Below, piece after piece: positions 48,771 to 57,749 of a stretch of DNA of 64,000 nucleotides. Source of the DNA: Bacilli bacterium (lineage in GTDB: Bacteria; Bacillota_I; Bacilli_A; RFN20; DUOF01); assembly GCA_045118975.1 (NCBI GenBank), contig JBGVCT010000009.1, positions 278 to 64,277 of the forward strand. Reading direction: 5' to 3'. The translations under genes and the position numbers were made by a program. A model generated the notes under the pieces. It ran no database searches, was not told where the DNA came from, and worked only from the letters and a program-made list of their open reading frames with translations. Within the stretch, counting starts at the first letter, position 1; every line of letters starts with the position of its first letter.

Positions 48771-49741
48771 TATTTCATCTCTTCTTTCAACTTATTTACC
48801 ATATCTTTACTAGCAAGTTCATAGCACACTCTCAAAGCGTTATAAAAAGAATATGCATCACTTGAACCATGAGCTTTTACTACAACTTTATTAACACCAA
48901 CAAGCATAGCGCCACCATACTTCTTATAATTCATTCTTTCCTTTATAAGTTTCATGCCACCTCTAGCAAATACATATCCAATCTTTGTTAGAAGATTCTT
49001 TTTGAATCCTTCTTTCATCATATCAGACATCATCTTAGCAGTTCCTTCAGCAGTCTTAAGTAAAACATTACCATCAAAGCCACCACAAACAACTACATCA
49101 GCATTACCATATAAAACATCTCTACCTTCAATATTACCCTTAAATCCTTCAAATTCAGAATTCTTTAAAAGTTGATGTGTCTCTTTTACTAGATCACTAC
49201 CTTTTTTCTCCTCAGCACCATTGCTAAGTAAATATACTCTAGGAGACTCAATATTATTATAAGCTTTAGCAAATGTTCTACCCATTTTAGCAAATCCTAG
49301 CAAATGTTCAGGAGTATTCTCACTATTTGCTCCAATATCTAAAATAATAACATTTCCTCCATCCTTAGTAGGGAAAGGAGAAACTAGAGCCGCTCTTTCA
49401 ACTCCTTCAATAAGTTTTAAGTAAACAGTAGCAGCAGTCAAAAAAGCACCAGTACTACCCCCGCTCACTACACCATCAATATCTTCGCCTTTGGCAAAGT
49501 CCACAGCTTTAATCATACTAGTCTCTTTTTTTCTTAAAATTGCTAAGGCACCATCTTCCATGCCCATTACCTCTTTACAATCAACAACATTACATTTGCC
49601 CTCAAGTAAAGCTAATTCTTCTTTATTTCCAAATACAGTTAATTCTACATCTTTGTATGCCTCAAGGAAATCTAAAATTCCATCTACTGCAACCTTACTT
49701 CCCTTATCCATACCCATTGCATCTACAGCTAATTTTATCAT
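48770..49741 (-). CDS. plsX: Phosphate acyltransferase PlsX
   Basis: LAVDAMG, LDIGAN, N.GAEE.KG, GNIEGRD, GF.GNV.LK..EG, KAHGSS. Confidence 0.96.
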   Translation of the reverse strand: MIKLAVDAMGMDKGSKVAVDGILDFLEAYKDVELTVFGNKEELALLEGKCNVVDCKEVMGMEDGALAILRKKETSMIKAVDFAKGEDIDGVVSGGSTGAFLTAATVYLKLIEGVERAALVSPFPTKDGGNVIILDIGANSENTPEHLLGFAKMGRTFAKAYNNIESPRVYLLSNGAEEKKGSDLVKETHQLLKNSEFEGFKGNIEGRDVLYGNADVVVCGGFDGNVLLKTAEGTAKMMSDMMKEGFKKNLLTKIGYVFARGGMKLIKERMNYKKYGGAMLVGVNKVVVKAHGSSDAYSFYNALRVCYELASKDMVNKLKEEMK

Positions 49742-49772
49742 AAGAACACCTCGTCTAATATTTTAGCAAATA

Positions 49773-51764
49773 TTAGGCGATAGTTTCCACATTTTCCTTA
49801 TATTTAGATTCAATATAATCTAAATATTTCTTAAATTCTTCATCAGTTAAATTATTCAAAAGGTATTTAGCATCTTTTCTTGCAGCCTCTAAGATATTGT
49901 AATCGCTTACAATATTAGCAACCCTTAAATCACTAACACCACTTTGCTTAACTCCCACAATATCTCCAATACCTCTTTTTTCCATATCATATTGGCTTAT
50001 TTTAAATCCATCTAAAGTATTCTTAAAAAACTCAAGTCTTTCATTATCTTCTTCTAAATCACTAACAAGAAGACAATACCCTTCTTGCTTACCTCTACCA
50101 ACTCTTCCTCTTAATTGATGAAGTTGAGCAAGCCCAAAATTATTAGCATTATAAATCACTATTACATTAGCATCTTTTATATCTATTCCAACCTCAATAA
50201 CAGTGGTAGAAACAAGTATCTTTATCTTTCCTTCTTTAAAGTCGTTTAATGTTTGATTCTTGGCATCATTACTCATCTTTCCATGTAAATATCCCACTCC
50301 ATATTTAGCAAAATGGGTTGCATATTCTACATACACATTACTAACACTTTTCTTCTCCTTATTATCACTATTAATAAGAGGACAAACAACATACACTTTG
50401 TTATTTTTATTCAATAAATCTTCAAGTTCATCAAACAATCTATTTTTCTCTTCAAAGTCATATAAGCGACTAACAACATCTCTTTTACCATTAGGGAACT
50501 CATCAAGAGTAGATATATCTAGTTCTCCATAAATAGTATGCGCTAATGTTCTAGGAATTGGAGTAGCAGACATAAGTAATAAATCTACTTTCTCTCCCTT
50601 ATCCTTTAAAATTTGTCTTTGTAAAACACCGAATCTATGTTGCTCATCTATAATAGCAAGACCCAGTTTATAAAATTCAACATCATTTTGAATAAGACTA
50701 TGAGTACCTACAACAATATCAATTATCCCACTCTTTAAATCTTCCTTGATTTGCTTTTTTTCACTAGTTTTCAAATCACTTACAAGCAATGCAATATTTA
50801 ATTCATCTTTAAAAATTTCCTTTAAATTTTGATAGTGTTGTCTAGCTAATATGTCAGTAGGAGCCATAAATGCACTTTGATGATTTGACAAAAAACAAGC
50901 ATAGCAAGAAAGCATTGCTACAAGTGTCTTTCCACTACCAACATCACCTTGTAAAAGCCTATACATATTAAGCGAACTTTGCATATCTTCTTTTATCTCA
51001 TTAAACGCTAAAAGTTGACTATTTGTAGGCTTATATGGAAGCGAGTCAATAAGTCTCAAAACCCTGTTCTCATCAATACTTTTCCCCATATTTAGATGTT
51101 CTTCTTTAAACCTTCTTTTAGATAATTCCATTACTAAAACAAACTCTAAAAATTCTTCATATTTTAAGTGTCTATAGCCCTTTTTTACATACTCCATATT
51201 CTTAGGAAAATGTAACAATCTTAATGATTCTTTTTTAGATAAAAGACGATATTTTTCCATAAAATATTTAGGTAATTTATCGAGTTCAATCTTATTAAAA
51301 TCAAGATACTTAAAAGCCTCTAAAACAATACCATTAAATTCTTTATCTTTAAATCCACTAGGCAATTTATAGTGATAATCAATCAAATTATTATAATCAA
51401 AAAAGATATCACTAACTAAAATATTTTTCTTATAATAATCCACTTTTCCAATTATCTTAATAGTTCTATTTTCCACTAATAAATTTTTCAAATAGTCTCT
51501 ATTAAAAATAATAATAGAGTAATATTCTCCATCTATTAAACCCTCAAATTCAATCTTAGATAAATGAGTTTTTATGCGTTTAAAAAGCACCTCACTTGCA
51601 ATTTTAACAAGTAAGGTGGCTTTCTTATTATGTTTGGTTATGTCTAATTTATCTTCACTTAGATCAGTATATCGTTTAGGTAAATAATCTATAAGATCAT
51701 AAACATTATGTAATTCTAATTGATCTAAAAATGCTTGTCTTCTTTCACTAACCTTTATTTCCAT
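49773..51764 (-). CDS. recG: ATP-dependent DNA helicase RecG
   Basis: QGDVGSGKT, DEQHRFG, SATPIPRTL, QLHQLRGRVGRG. Confidence 0.97.
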   Translation of the reverse strand: MEIKVSERRQAFLDQLELHNVYDLIDYLPKRYTDLSEDKLDITKHNKKATLLVKIASEVLFKRIKTHLSKIEFEGLIDGEYYSIIIFNRDYLKNLLVENRTIKIIGKVDYYKKNILVSDIFFDYNNLIDYHYKLPSGFKDKEFNGIVLEAFKYLDFNKIELDKLPKYFMEKYRLLSKKESLRLLHFPKNMEYVKKGYRHLKYEEFLEFVLVMELSKRRFKEEHLNMGKSIDENRVLRLIDSLPYKPTNSQLLAFNEIKEDMQSSLNMYRLLQGDVGSGKTLVAMLSCYACFLSNHQSAFMAPTDILARQHYQNLKEIFKDELNIALLVSDLKTSEKKQIKEDLKSGIIDIVVGTHSLIQNDVEFYKLGLAIIDEQHRFGVLQRQILKDKGEKVDLLLMSATPIPRTLAHTIYGELDISTLDEFPNGKRDVVSRLYDFEEKNRLFDELEDLLNKNNKVYVVCPLINSDNKEKKSVSNVYVEYATHFAKYGVGYLHGKMSNDAKNQTLNDFKEGKIKILVSTTVIEVGIDIKDANVIVIYNANNFGLAQLHQLRGRVGRGKQEGYCLLVSDLEEDNERLEFFKNTLDGFKISQYDMEKRGIGDIVGVKQSGVSDLRVANIVSDYNILEAARKDAKYLLNNLTDEEFKKYLDYIESKYKENVETIA

Positions 51765-51766
51765 AG

Positions 51767-53443
51767 TTATTCAACTCCAATGATATAACTATATACAGGT
51801 TGATCTCCTTTTTTAACATCTATTTCTAAATCATATTTATCGTTTAAATAATCCACAATAGCACTAGTTTCGCTATCATGAGCATCATTTCCAGCAATTA
51901 AAGTAACAAGTTCGCTGTCCTCATCAATCATAGTCTTTAATAGTTCAATTGTAGCAGTAACTTTATCTTCTTTACATGTCACAATATTCTTACCATTTAA
52001 TCCCATGAAATAATTTGCCTTAATCTCTAATCCATCAATTGTTGTATCCTTAATAGCAAATGTAACTTGACCAGATTTAACTGAAGTTAAAGCTTCAGAC
52101 ATTTGTTCAAAGTTCTCATCAGGATTACACTCTGGATTAAACATCATACAAGCAACTAGTCCTTGAGGAATAGTTTTAGTAGGAATCACTTTACAATTAA
52201 CTCCTTCTACTACTTCTCCAGCTTGAGTAGCAGCCATAACTATATTTGAGTTATTAGGAAGAATGAATACATTCTTTGCATTTACTTTTTCAATAGCGTG
52301 AACAAAATCTTCAGTAGATGGGTTCATAGTTTGACCACCACTTACTACTTCACTAACTCTTAAATCTTTAAACATTTGGTTAATACCCTCACCTGCACTA
52401 ACCGCAATAATAGCATACTCTTCTTTTGGTGTCTCTGTTGCTACAGGAGCAGCATTTTCTTGAGCTTGCTCTTGTAAGTTAGAGTGTTGAAGTTGCATGT
52501 TTTCAACTTTCAATGTTATAAACTCACCAAATTGTTGAGCGTAGTTAAATATATTACCAGGTTTTAAAGTATGAATATGAACTTTAACAATATCATCATC
52601 TTGTACTACAACAATTGAATTACCATGGTTTTCTAATACTGTAGAGAATCTATGTTGATTGAAATTCTTCTTTCCTTCCTTTTCAGGAGATAATTGCATT
52701 ACAAATTCAGTACAATATCCAAATTCTTGGTTTTCAATTTTACTTTGAGCACTACCAGCAGCAATATTACTATCAGCTGTTGCAACTTCCATAGTAGCAG
52801 TAGCTTGCTCTCTTTGAATAACCTTATTCTCTAATGCACTTGAGAATCCATCTAATACCTTTAATAATCCAGCTCCACCAGAGTCTACAACTCCAACTTC
52901 TTTTAATACAGGAAGTAATTCTGGAGTTCTATTTAAAGAAGCGTTAGCTTCCTTAATTAAATACTTCATACACTCTTCAATAGAAATTGGCTTTTCTTTA
53001 CTATCAACATAATCTTTTAAAGCTACACTAGATTCTCTAATAACTGTTAAAATAGTACCTTCAATTGGTTTCATAACAGCTTTATAAGCAACATCCTTAG
53101 CACTTATAAAAGCATCAGCAAAATCATAACAATCTACTTCTTTTTTACCTTCAAGTCCCATTGCAAATCCTCTAAAAATTTGCGATAAAATAACACCAGA
53201 GTTTCCTCTAGCACCCATTAAAAGACCCTTAGAAAAAGCTCTAGCTACTTCATATATATTGTCATTAGTACTATTTAAAACTTCTTTAGAACCACTAGTC
53301 ATAGTTAAGTTCATATTTGTACCAGTATCTCCATCAGGAACTGGGAATACATTCAAAGCATCTATTTGTGGATAACAGTTAAACAAGTTATTTGCACCAG
53401 AGATAATCATCTGCTTTAAATGATGTCCATTAATCTTATTCAT
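51767..53443 (-). CDS. fakA: DAK2 domain fatty acid kinase subunit A (YloV/FakA)
   Basis: LNVFPVPDGDTGTNM, GARGNSGVILSQ, EGTILTV, GYCTEF, GGQTMNPST. Confidence 0.94.
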   Translation of the reverse strand: MNKINGHHLKQMIISGANNLFNCYPQIDALNVFPVPDGDTGTNMNLTMTSGSKEVLNSTNDNIYEVARAFSKGLLMGARGNSGVILSQIFRGFAMGLEGKKEVDCYDFADAFISAKDVAYKAVMKPIEGTILTVIRESSVALKDYVDSKEKPISIEECMKYLIKEANASLNRTPELLPVLKEVGVVDSGGAGLLKVLDGFSSALENKVIQREQATATMEVATADSNIAAGSAQSKIENQEFGYCTEFVMQLSPEKEGKKNFNQHRFSTVLENHGNSIVVVQDDDIVKVHIHTLKPGNIFNYAQQFGEFITLKVENMQLQHSNLQEQAQENAAPVATETPKEEYAIIAVSAGEGINQMFKDLRVSEVVSGGQTMNPSTEDFVHAIEKVNAKNVFILPNNSNIVMAATQAGEVVEGVNCKVIPTKTIPQGLVACMMFNPECNPDENFEQMSEALTSVKSGQVTFAIKDTTIDGLEIKANYFMGLNGKNIVTCKEDKVTATIELLKTMIDEDSELVTLIAGNDAHDSETSAIVDYLNDKYDLEIDVKKGDQPVYSYIIGVE

Positions 53444-53466
53444 TTTTATTTTCCTCCGATAAACTC

Positions 53467-53823
53467 TTAAACGCTTTTAATACCTTTTACGAATACGTTT
53501 ATTGATTTGAATTTTATATCAAGTGTTTTTTCTAACACATACTTTACTTTCTTTTGTACTTCACTTACAACTTCAGTAATCTTTAAGCCATAAGCTACCA
53601 TAATATACATTTCTACTTCGATACCATTTTTACTTTCTCTAGCAAATACTCCCTTCTTATAATTGTCTAATCTAAGAAGTTCAGCAATACTAGCCTTAAG
53701 TCCTGTCTTAGGTACCATACCAACTACACCATAACATTCGGTTGCAGCATTACCAGCTATCGCAGCGATTGCCTCCATACTAATAGAGATATTTCCCTTA
53801 GTATTGTTCTTTTCAATCATCAT
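53467..53823 (-). CDS. Asp23/Gls24 family protein (YloU)
   Basis: IAGNAATECYGVVGM, YGLKITEV..EVQKKVKY; upstream of yloV/fakA. Confidence 0.92.
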   Translation of the reverse strand: MMIEKNNTKGNISISMEAIAAIAGNAATECYGVVGMVPKTGLKASIAELLRLDNYKKGVFARESKNGIEVEMYIMVAYGLKITEVVSEVQKKVKYVLEKTLDIKFKSINVFVKGIKSV

Positions 53824-53895
53824 ATTACTTTCACCTCATCATATCAATTATACAAAAGGCGTTAAAATATTGCAAACTTTTAACCCTTTTATATA

Positions 53896-54282
53896 CTATC
53901 TCCTATTACTATATTCATAACTAATATCGATACCAGACAAATCATGTTTTTCTCTTAGAACTTTATAAAGTTCTGTTTCATATCCTTCTTTTTCAATTTT
54001 GTAGCCATTAGATTCATAAAATCTTTTAACAACTAAGCCATCTTCATCTTCTGGATAAAACTTTCCTTCAACAACCACTTTTCTCATCTTATCTGCTTCG
54101 TTTTCAAATATTTTAAGTAGTGTTTTTCCAATACCTTTTCCACGATATGCCTTATCAACTTTGATTTTATTTAGCCACACACTTCTTTTGTCAAATTTGT
54201 AATTGATAAACCCTATACAAGTATTACCATTAAGACATTCAATCTGCTCATAGTCATCAATGTGTTTAACAACAAACCTCAT
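53896..54282 (-). CDS. GNAT family N-acetyltransferase
   Basis: V...YRGKGIGKTLL acetyl-CoA loop, FYESNGY. Confidence 0.88.
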   Translation of the reverse strand: MRFVVKHIDDYEQIECLNGNTCIGFINYKFDKRSVWLNKIKVDKAYRGKGIGKTLLKIFENEADKMRKVVVEGKFYPEDEDGLVVKRFYESNGYKIEKEGYETELYKVLREKHDLSGIDISYEYSNRR

Positions 54283-54346
54283 AAAATCACCCGCAATATA
54301 TTAGCACACTTATAAAACTTAGGCAATACAGGAGTTTTCTAATACT

Positions 54347-54400
54347 TTAATCCTTTAAATCGAGGATTAATTAGTATATAATATTAATTAATCAGAGGTG
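54347..54400 (+). promoter_or_regulatory. Promoter region with two overlapping inverted repeats
   Basis: TTAATCCT-N8-AGGATTAA (54347-54370); GATTAATTAGTAT-ata-ATATTAATTAATC (54365-54393) covering TATAAT at 54377-54382; SD GAGGTG at 54395-54400. Confidence 0.6.
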
Positions 54401-54406
54401 TTGAAG

Positions 54407-56437
54407 ATGAATAGAAATTCTTTGCAAATAGAATTAGATAAGCTTAGAACCTACCTAAGCAAACTAAAAAGGCAAAAATTAGGGACTAATGATTATGTTA
54501 CCCACAGTTACATTTTAACTGGTATGATAGAAACAATTTATTCCCTTGTATCAACAGGTGCTTATTATGCTGTTGATGGTTCTTTGGAAGAACTTTTTGA
54601 TGCTATAACTCAAGCTAGAAACCTAGCAGTTCATTATGCTGAAGCAGACAACTACGCTAAAATGCTTGAAGTAGCTCAAAACATTGTTTTAAAGACCCCT
54701 AGAGAATTCGAAGACACAATCGCTGATGATTTAGACAAATATATAACTCAAGACTCTGATGACTATTTACTAGTATATAAAACAGATATTATTTCTATCA
54801 AAGATAGCGATGATATCTACAAAGATTCATATCTAATAGAAAATATCAGAACAAAAGAAAAGATTTATGTACCTAAAGAGCATCTTGTAATTATAGACAA
54901 TAGGCATTCAGGAGGCACATCTTTCTTAGTAAGACTAAGCGATGATGCAAAAGTATACTATAAAGCAAATGATACAACTCCTACTACTATTGTTTCATTA
55001 AAAGAACTATATAAAAATCATAAGTTAGATACAGCCTATAGAGGTAAACCTAAAATCATAAAGTTTGATAACATCATCTCTAAAATGGCTAAATTAATAA
55101 AACAAGATCCATACGAGGATAAACATTTTTCATATACATATGATAAAAAAACATTTCGTTCTAAAGCATATAATGTATTAAATGACTTCTTACAAAGAAG
55201 AGTAATCAATGAACGTTTTGTCTTTGGTCCTTTCAAGGTTGGTAGTTTTGCAGAAGATGCCAAAAAGAAAACAATTGCTATCCCTAGTGTAGATAAGAAA
55301 GAGCTTTTAAACCATGCATCACTAAAAGATATGTTCTACATTGAATTATTTTTAAAAGAGTATGGGGCATTCAAAGAAAAAATAAGAAGAATGGAAGGCA
55401 AAAGTGAAGAAGAAATAATGTATGCTAAACAAGCATTATTGATAGAGTTATTCAAAAATGGACCTGCCTATTTATCTGAACACTTAATAAAGCATAATTC
55501 GGATTTTGCTTCTCTTTATTATGATTTTAAAAAAGAGAGAAACATTCTTTCTCACAATCCTTTAAACGATGAAGAAAAAGCTAATATTATTGATAATTTA
55601 GAAAAATATAGTCAAGCCCTATATGAAGTGTTACAACCTTCATATTCCCTTTATACAAAAGATAAAAGGAAATACCCGTATGCTTATCTAAATGGGGCTA
55701 TACCAACTAGTGATGGAAAGTTTATTCATAACAAATTAACTGAATACCATGTATATAAGCATACTGGAGAAACTATGGTTGTTGGTGGAGTTAAATACTT
55801 AAGATTAAATTATAAAGGTCATCCTAATTTGTATATTAAAGTAGATGGTTCTTTATATGTATATAACTATTTAACTGAGTCTTCATATGAATGTATCGCT
55901 CCTAAATCAGGAACACAAATTGTAGAAATAGATAAAAACGGGGTTGTTAAACCAAGTAAGGTTAATCTAGTAGAGGGTAAAGATCCTATTTTAGTAGACT
56001 TTGATCAAGATGCTATATTCCAAGCATATAACTACTTAAAATCTTATCCACAAGCAGACTCTAGTTATTTTGAATCTAAAAGTGGGGTTAAGTGTGCTCC
56101 AATTATTACTATCTATAGTGCTTATGGACCTATGTATAGTGATAGACTAAAGAATTTCATTTTAAGAAGAAATAACCAACACTTCTTACCAAGAGAATTA
56201 TTATCTTGTTGTAAGTGTAAATTTTATAATGACTTAAATAAGCCAATTGAAATTCTAGATAAAAACAATAATATTATTGCTACAATTTATTATGGACACG
56301 TAGCAAAAAATGGTATAATCACTCAAGTCTTAACTGATGGAACTACCCAAGCAATAGAACATGGTGACCCAGTTTCTAGAAGTTTAGACACAAGTGAAAT
56401 AATCACTGAAGTTAAACTAGAAAGGAATAAAAGATGA
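54407..56437 (+). CDS. Hypothetical protein with two predicted HEPN (DUF86/HepT-like) RNase domains
   Basis: RNLAVH (54617-54634) and RNILSH (55538-55555), each at the end of an all-helical ~110-aa segment; start re-assigned to ATG 54407. Confidence 0.65.
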   Translation: MNRNSLQIELDKLRTYLSKLKRQKLGTNDYVTHSYILTGMIETIYSLVSTGAYYAVDGSLEELFDAITQARNLAVHYAEADNYAKMLEVAQNIVLKTPREFEDTIADDLDKYITQDSDDYLLVYKTDIISIKDSDDIYKDSYLIENIRTKEKIYVPKEHLVIIDNRHSGGTSFLVRLSDDAKVYYKANDTTPTTIVSLKELYKNHKLDTAYRGKPKIIKFDNIISKMAKLIKQDPYEDKHFSYTYDKKTFRSKAYNVLNDFLQRRVINERFVFGPFKVGSFAEDAKKKTIAIPSVDKKELLNHASLKDMFYIELFLKEYGAFKEKIRRMEGKSEEEIMYAKQALLIELFKNGPAYLSEHLIKHNSDFASLYYDFKKERNILSHNPLNDEEKANIIDNLEKYSQALYEVLQPSYSLYTKDKRKYPYAYLNGAIPTSDGKFIHNKLTEYHVYKHTGETMVVGGVKYLRLNYKGHPNLYIKVDGSLYVYNYLTESSYECIAPKSGTQIVEIDKNGVVKPSKVNLVEGKDPILVDFDQDAIFQAYNYLKSYPQADSSYFESKSGVKCAPIITIYSAYGPMYSDRLKNFILRRNNQHFLPRELLSCCKCKFYNDLNKPIEILDKNNNIIATIYYGHVAKNGIITQVLTDGTTQAIEHGDPVSRSLDTSEIITEVKLERNKR

Positions 56438-56700
56438 AAAAAGAAATAGAATTAGCATATACTAGATTACCAAAATTACTTAATACATATGGTTTTTCTA
56501 AAGCATATATAAAAGTGGATCATGAATCTACTAGAATTGTTTTATGTGAGCAAAAAAAACCACTTTCATTACAAGAGTGGTGTGATTTAGAAACTTTAAT
56601 AAAATTAGATATAGCAAGAAATGTAAGTATCATAGGTAAGGAGCAAGAAGATAACTATGATGGATATTTACTTATAAAAGGAAGTGAAGACAATGCCTAA
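56434..56700 (+). CDS. Degenerate MNT (minimal nucleotidyltransferase)-like protein
   Basis: LLNTYGFSKAYI...LSLQEWCDLETLIKLDIARNVSII follows the MntA pattern but lacks GS...DxD; ATGA overlap with upstream gene. Confidence 0.55.
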   Translation: MKKEIELAYTRLPKLLNTYGFSKAYIKVDHESTRIVLCEQKKPLSLQEWCDLETLIKLDIARNVSIIGKEQEDNYDGYLLIKGSEDNA

Positions 56701-57046
56701 TCAAGATTTTAATTTATTAGTAGCAGCTTTAAATAACTTAGAACATTTAAAAACTCTTGCTTCAAGTCCTGTATTATCTTCAAAAGAAGAATTCGCTTGC
56801 AATGATACATATATTAAAATGGGAGTAGGAGCCCTTGTAGAACTTGTAAATATCACTAATAAAATAAGTGCTACAACAGTACTAGTTAGCCCATATTTAA
56901 CAAAAGAGTTACCTATGCTAAATAGATACAAAGAATGTATCTTTAACCCAGATAACTCTGTTAATGCTTATAAATTATATGATTTCCTTACTCTAGAATT
57001 AAAAGGTCTAGAAGAGGAAGTAAGAAGATTAATTGTTAAAAGTTAA
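56693..57046 (+). CDS. DUF86/HepT-like helical protein lacking the RxxxxH motif
   Basis: D..LL..AL....SKEEF..ND....G...L.EL....NKIS.......P........SVN...LY......LKGL follows the DUF86 pattern; YKECIFN sits where RNxxxH is expected. Confidence 0.55.
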   Translation: MPNQDFNLLVAALNNLEHLKTLASSPVLSSKEEFACNDTYIKMGVGALVELVNITNKISATTVLVSPYLTKELPMLNRYKECIFNPDNSVNAYKLYDFLTLELKGLEEEVRRLIVKS

Positions 57047-57749
57047 TTATTAACTCAAGTACTTTTTCTGAAACAATAACATTAAGTTTAGAAGAATACA
57101 TTCCTATAATCTTATTTTGGTCATTTATAAAAATAGTACCACCATTAAGATTCATATCATTTAAACAATAAGACTTATAAGTAGTATCAAAATATGTCAT
57201 GGTACTACTTTTTATATTGCTTTCAATAGTAGTTTTATGTATCCAAGAAACATTATCTACTTTAGCAACCACTTCACTATATTCTCCAAGGGAAGCAACA
57301 CTTCCATAATAATCCCAATTACAAGTAAATATTGCTAATCCTGTAGTTATATCAACTTCATATAAATATGCACTGTATTCATTAGCGTATGAATCAATAA
57401 GTACATAACTAGCACTACTTGTTTGTTTTATTGCATTATAATCAGCCAAAATATAAGCATCAAATCCACTTATTCCTATTATAATGCCATTACTATATTT
57501 CTTATTAGAACCATAATAAGAACTTCTTATTACTACAGTAGAATCTAAGGTTTCAGTAGTAAGTTCATTATAGAAATCCATAATATCTCTAGCCTTAGCC
57601 AATTCTTCATTTTCTTCCTTTAATTCTTTAACTTCTTTTTCTAATAAATTAACTCTATTGATCAAAGAATTTTTATCAAAAGAGAAACTACAAGCACCTA
57701 AAAACAAAGTTAAAACAAGAGTAAAAACAGCAAGCAATTTCTTATTCAT
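57036..57749 (-). CDS. Lipoprotein, catalytically degenerate trypsin-like paralog
   Basis: Lipobox LGAC, coiled coil, trypsin-like strands (SNGIII, YILADYNAI, GLAIF, NGG.IFINDQNKIIGM) without His/Asp/Ser. Confidence 0.6.
   Translation of the reverse strand: MNKKLLAVFTLVLTLFLGACSFSFDKNSLINRVNLLEKEVKELKEENEELAKARDIMDFYNELTTETLDSTVVIRSSYYGSNKKYSNGIIIGISGFDAYILADYNAIKQTSSASYVLIDSYANEYSAYLYEVDITTGLAIFTCNWDYYGSVASLGEYSEVVAKVDNVSWIHKTTIESNIKSSTMTYFDTTYKSYCLNDMNLNGGTIFINDQNKIIGMYSSKLNVIVSEKVLELIINF

Noticed and set aside
54407-56437. Compact Cas13 (two HEPN motifs, ~680 aa)
   Set aside because: No repeat-spacer array or cas1/cas2 anywhere in the window; intergenic gaps around it are too short; the second motif is mid-protein rather than C-terminal; neighbours are MNT/DUF86-like. 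An array elsewhere in the genome cannot be excluded from this window.
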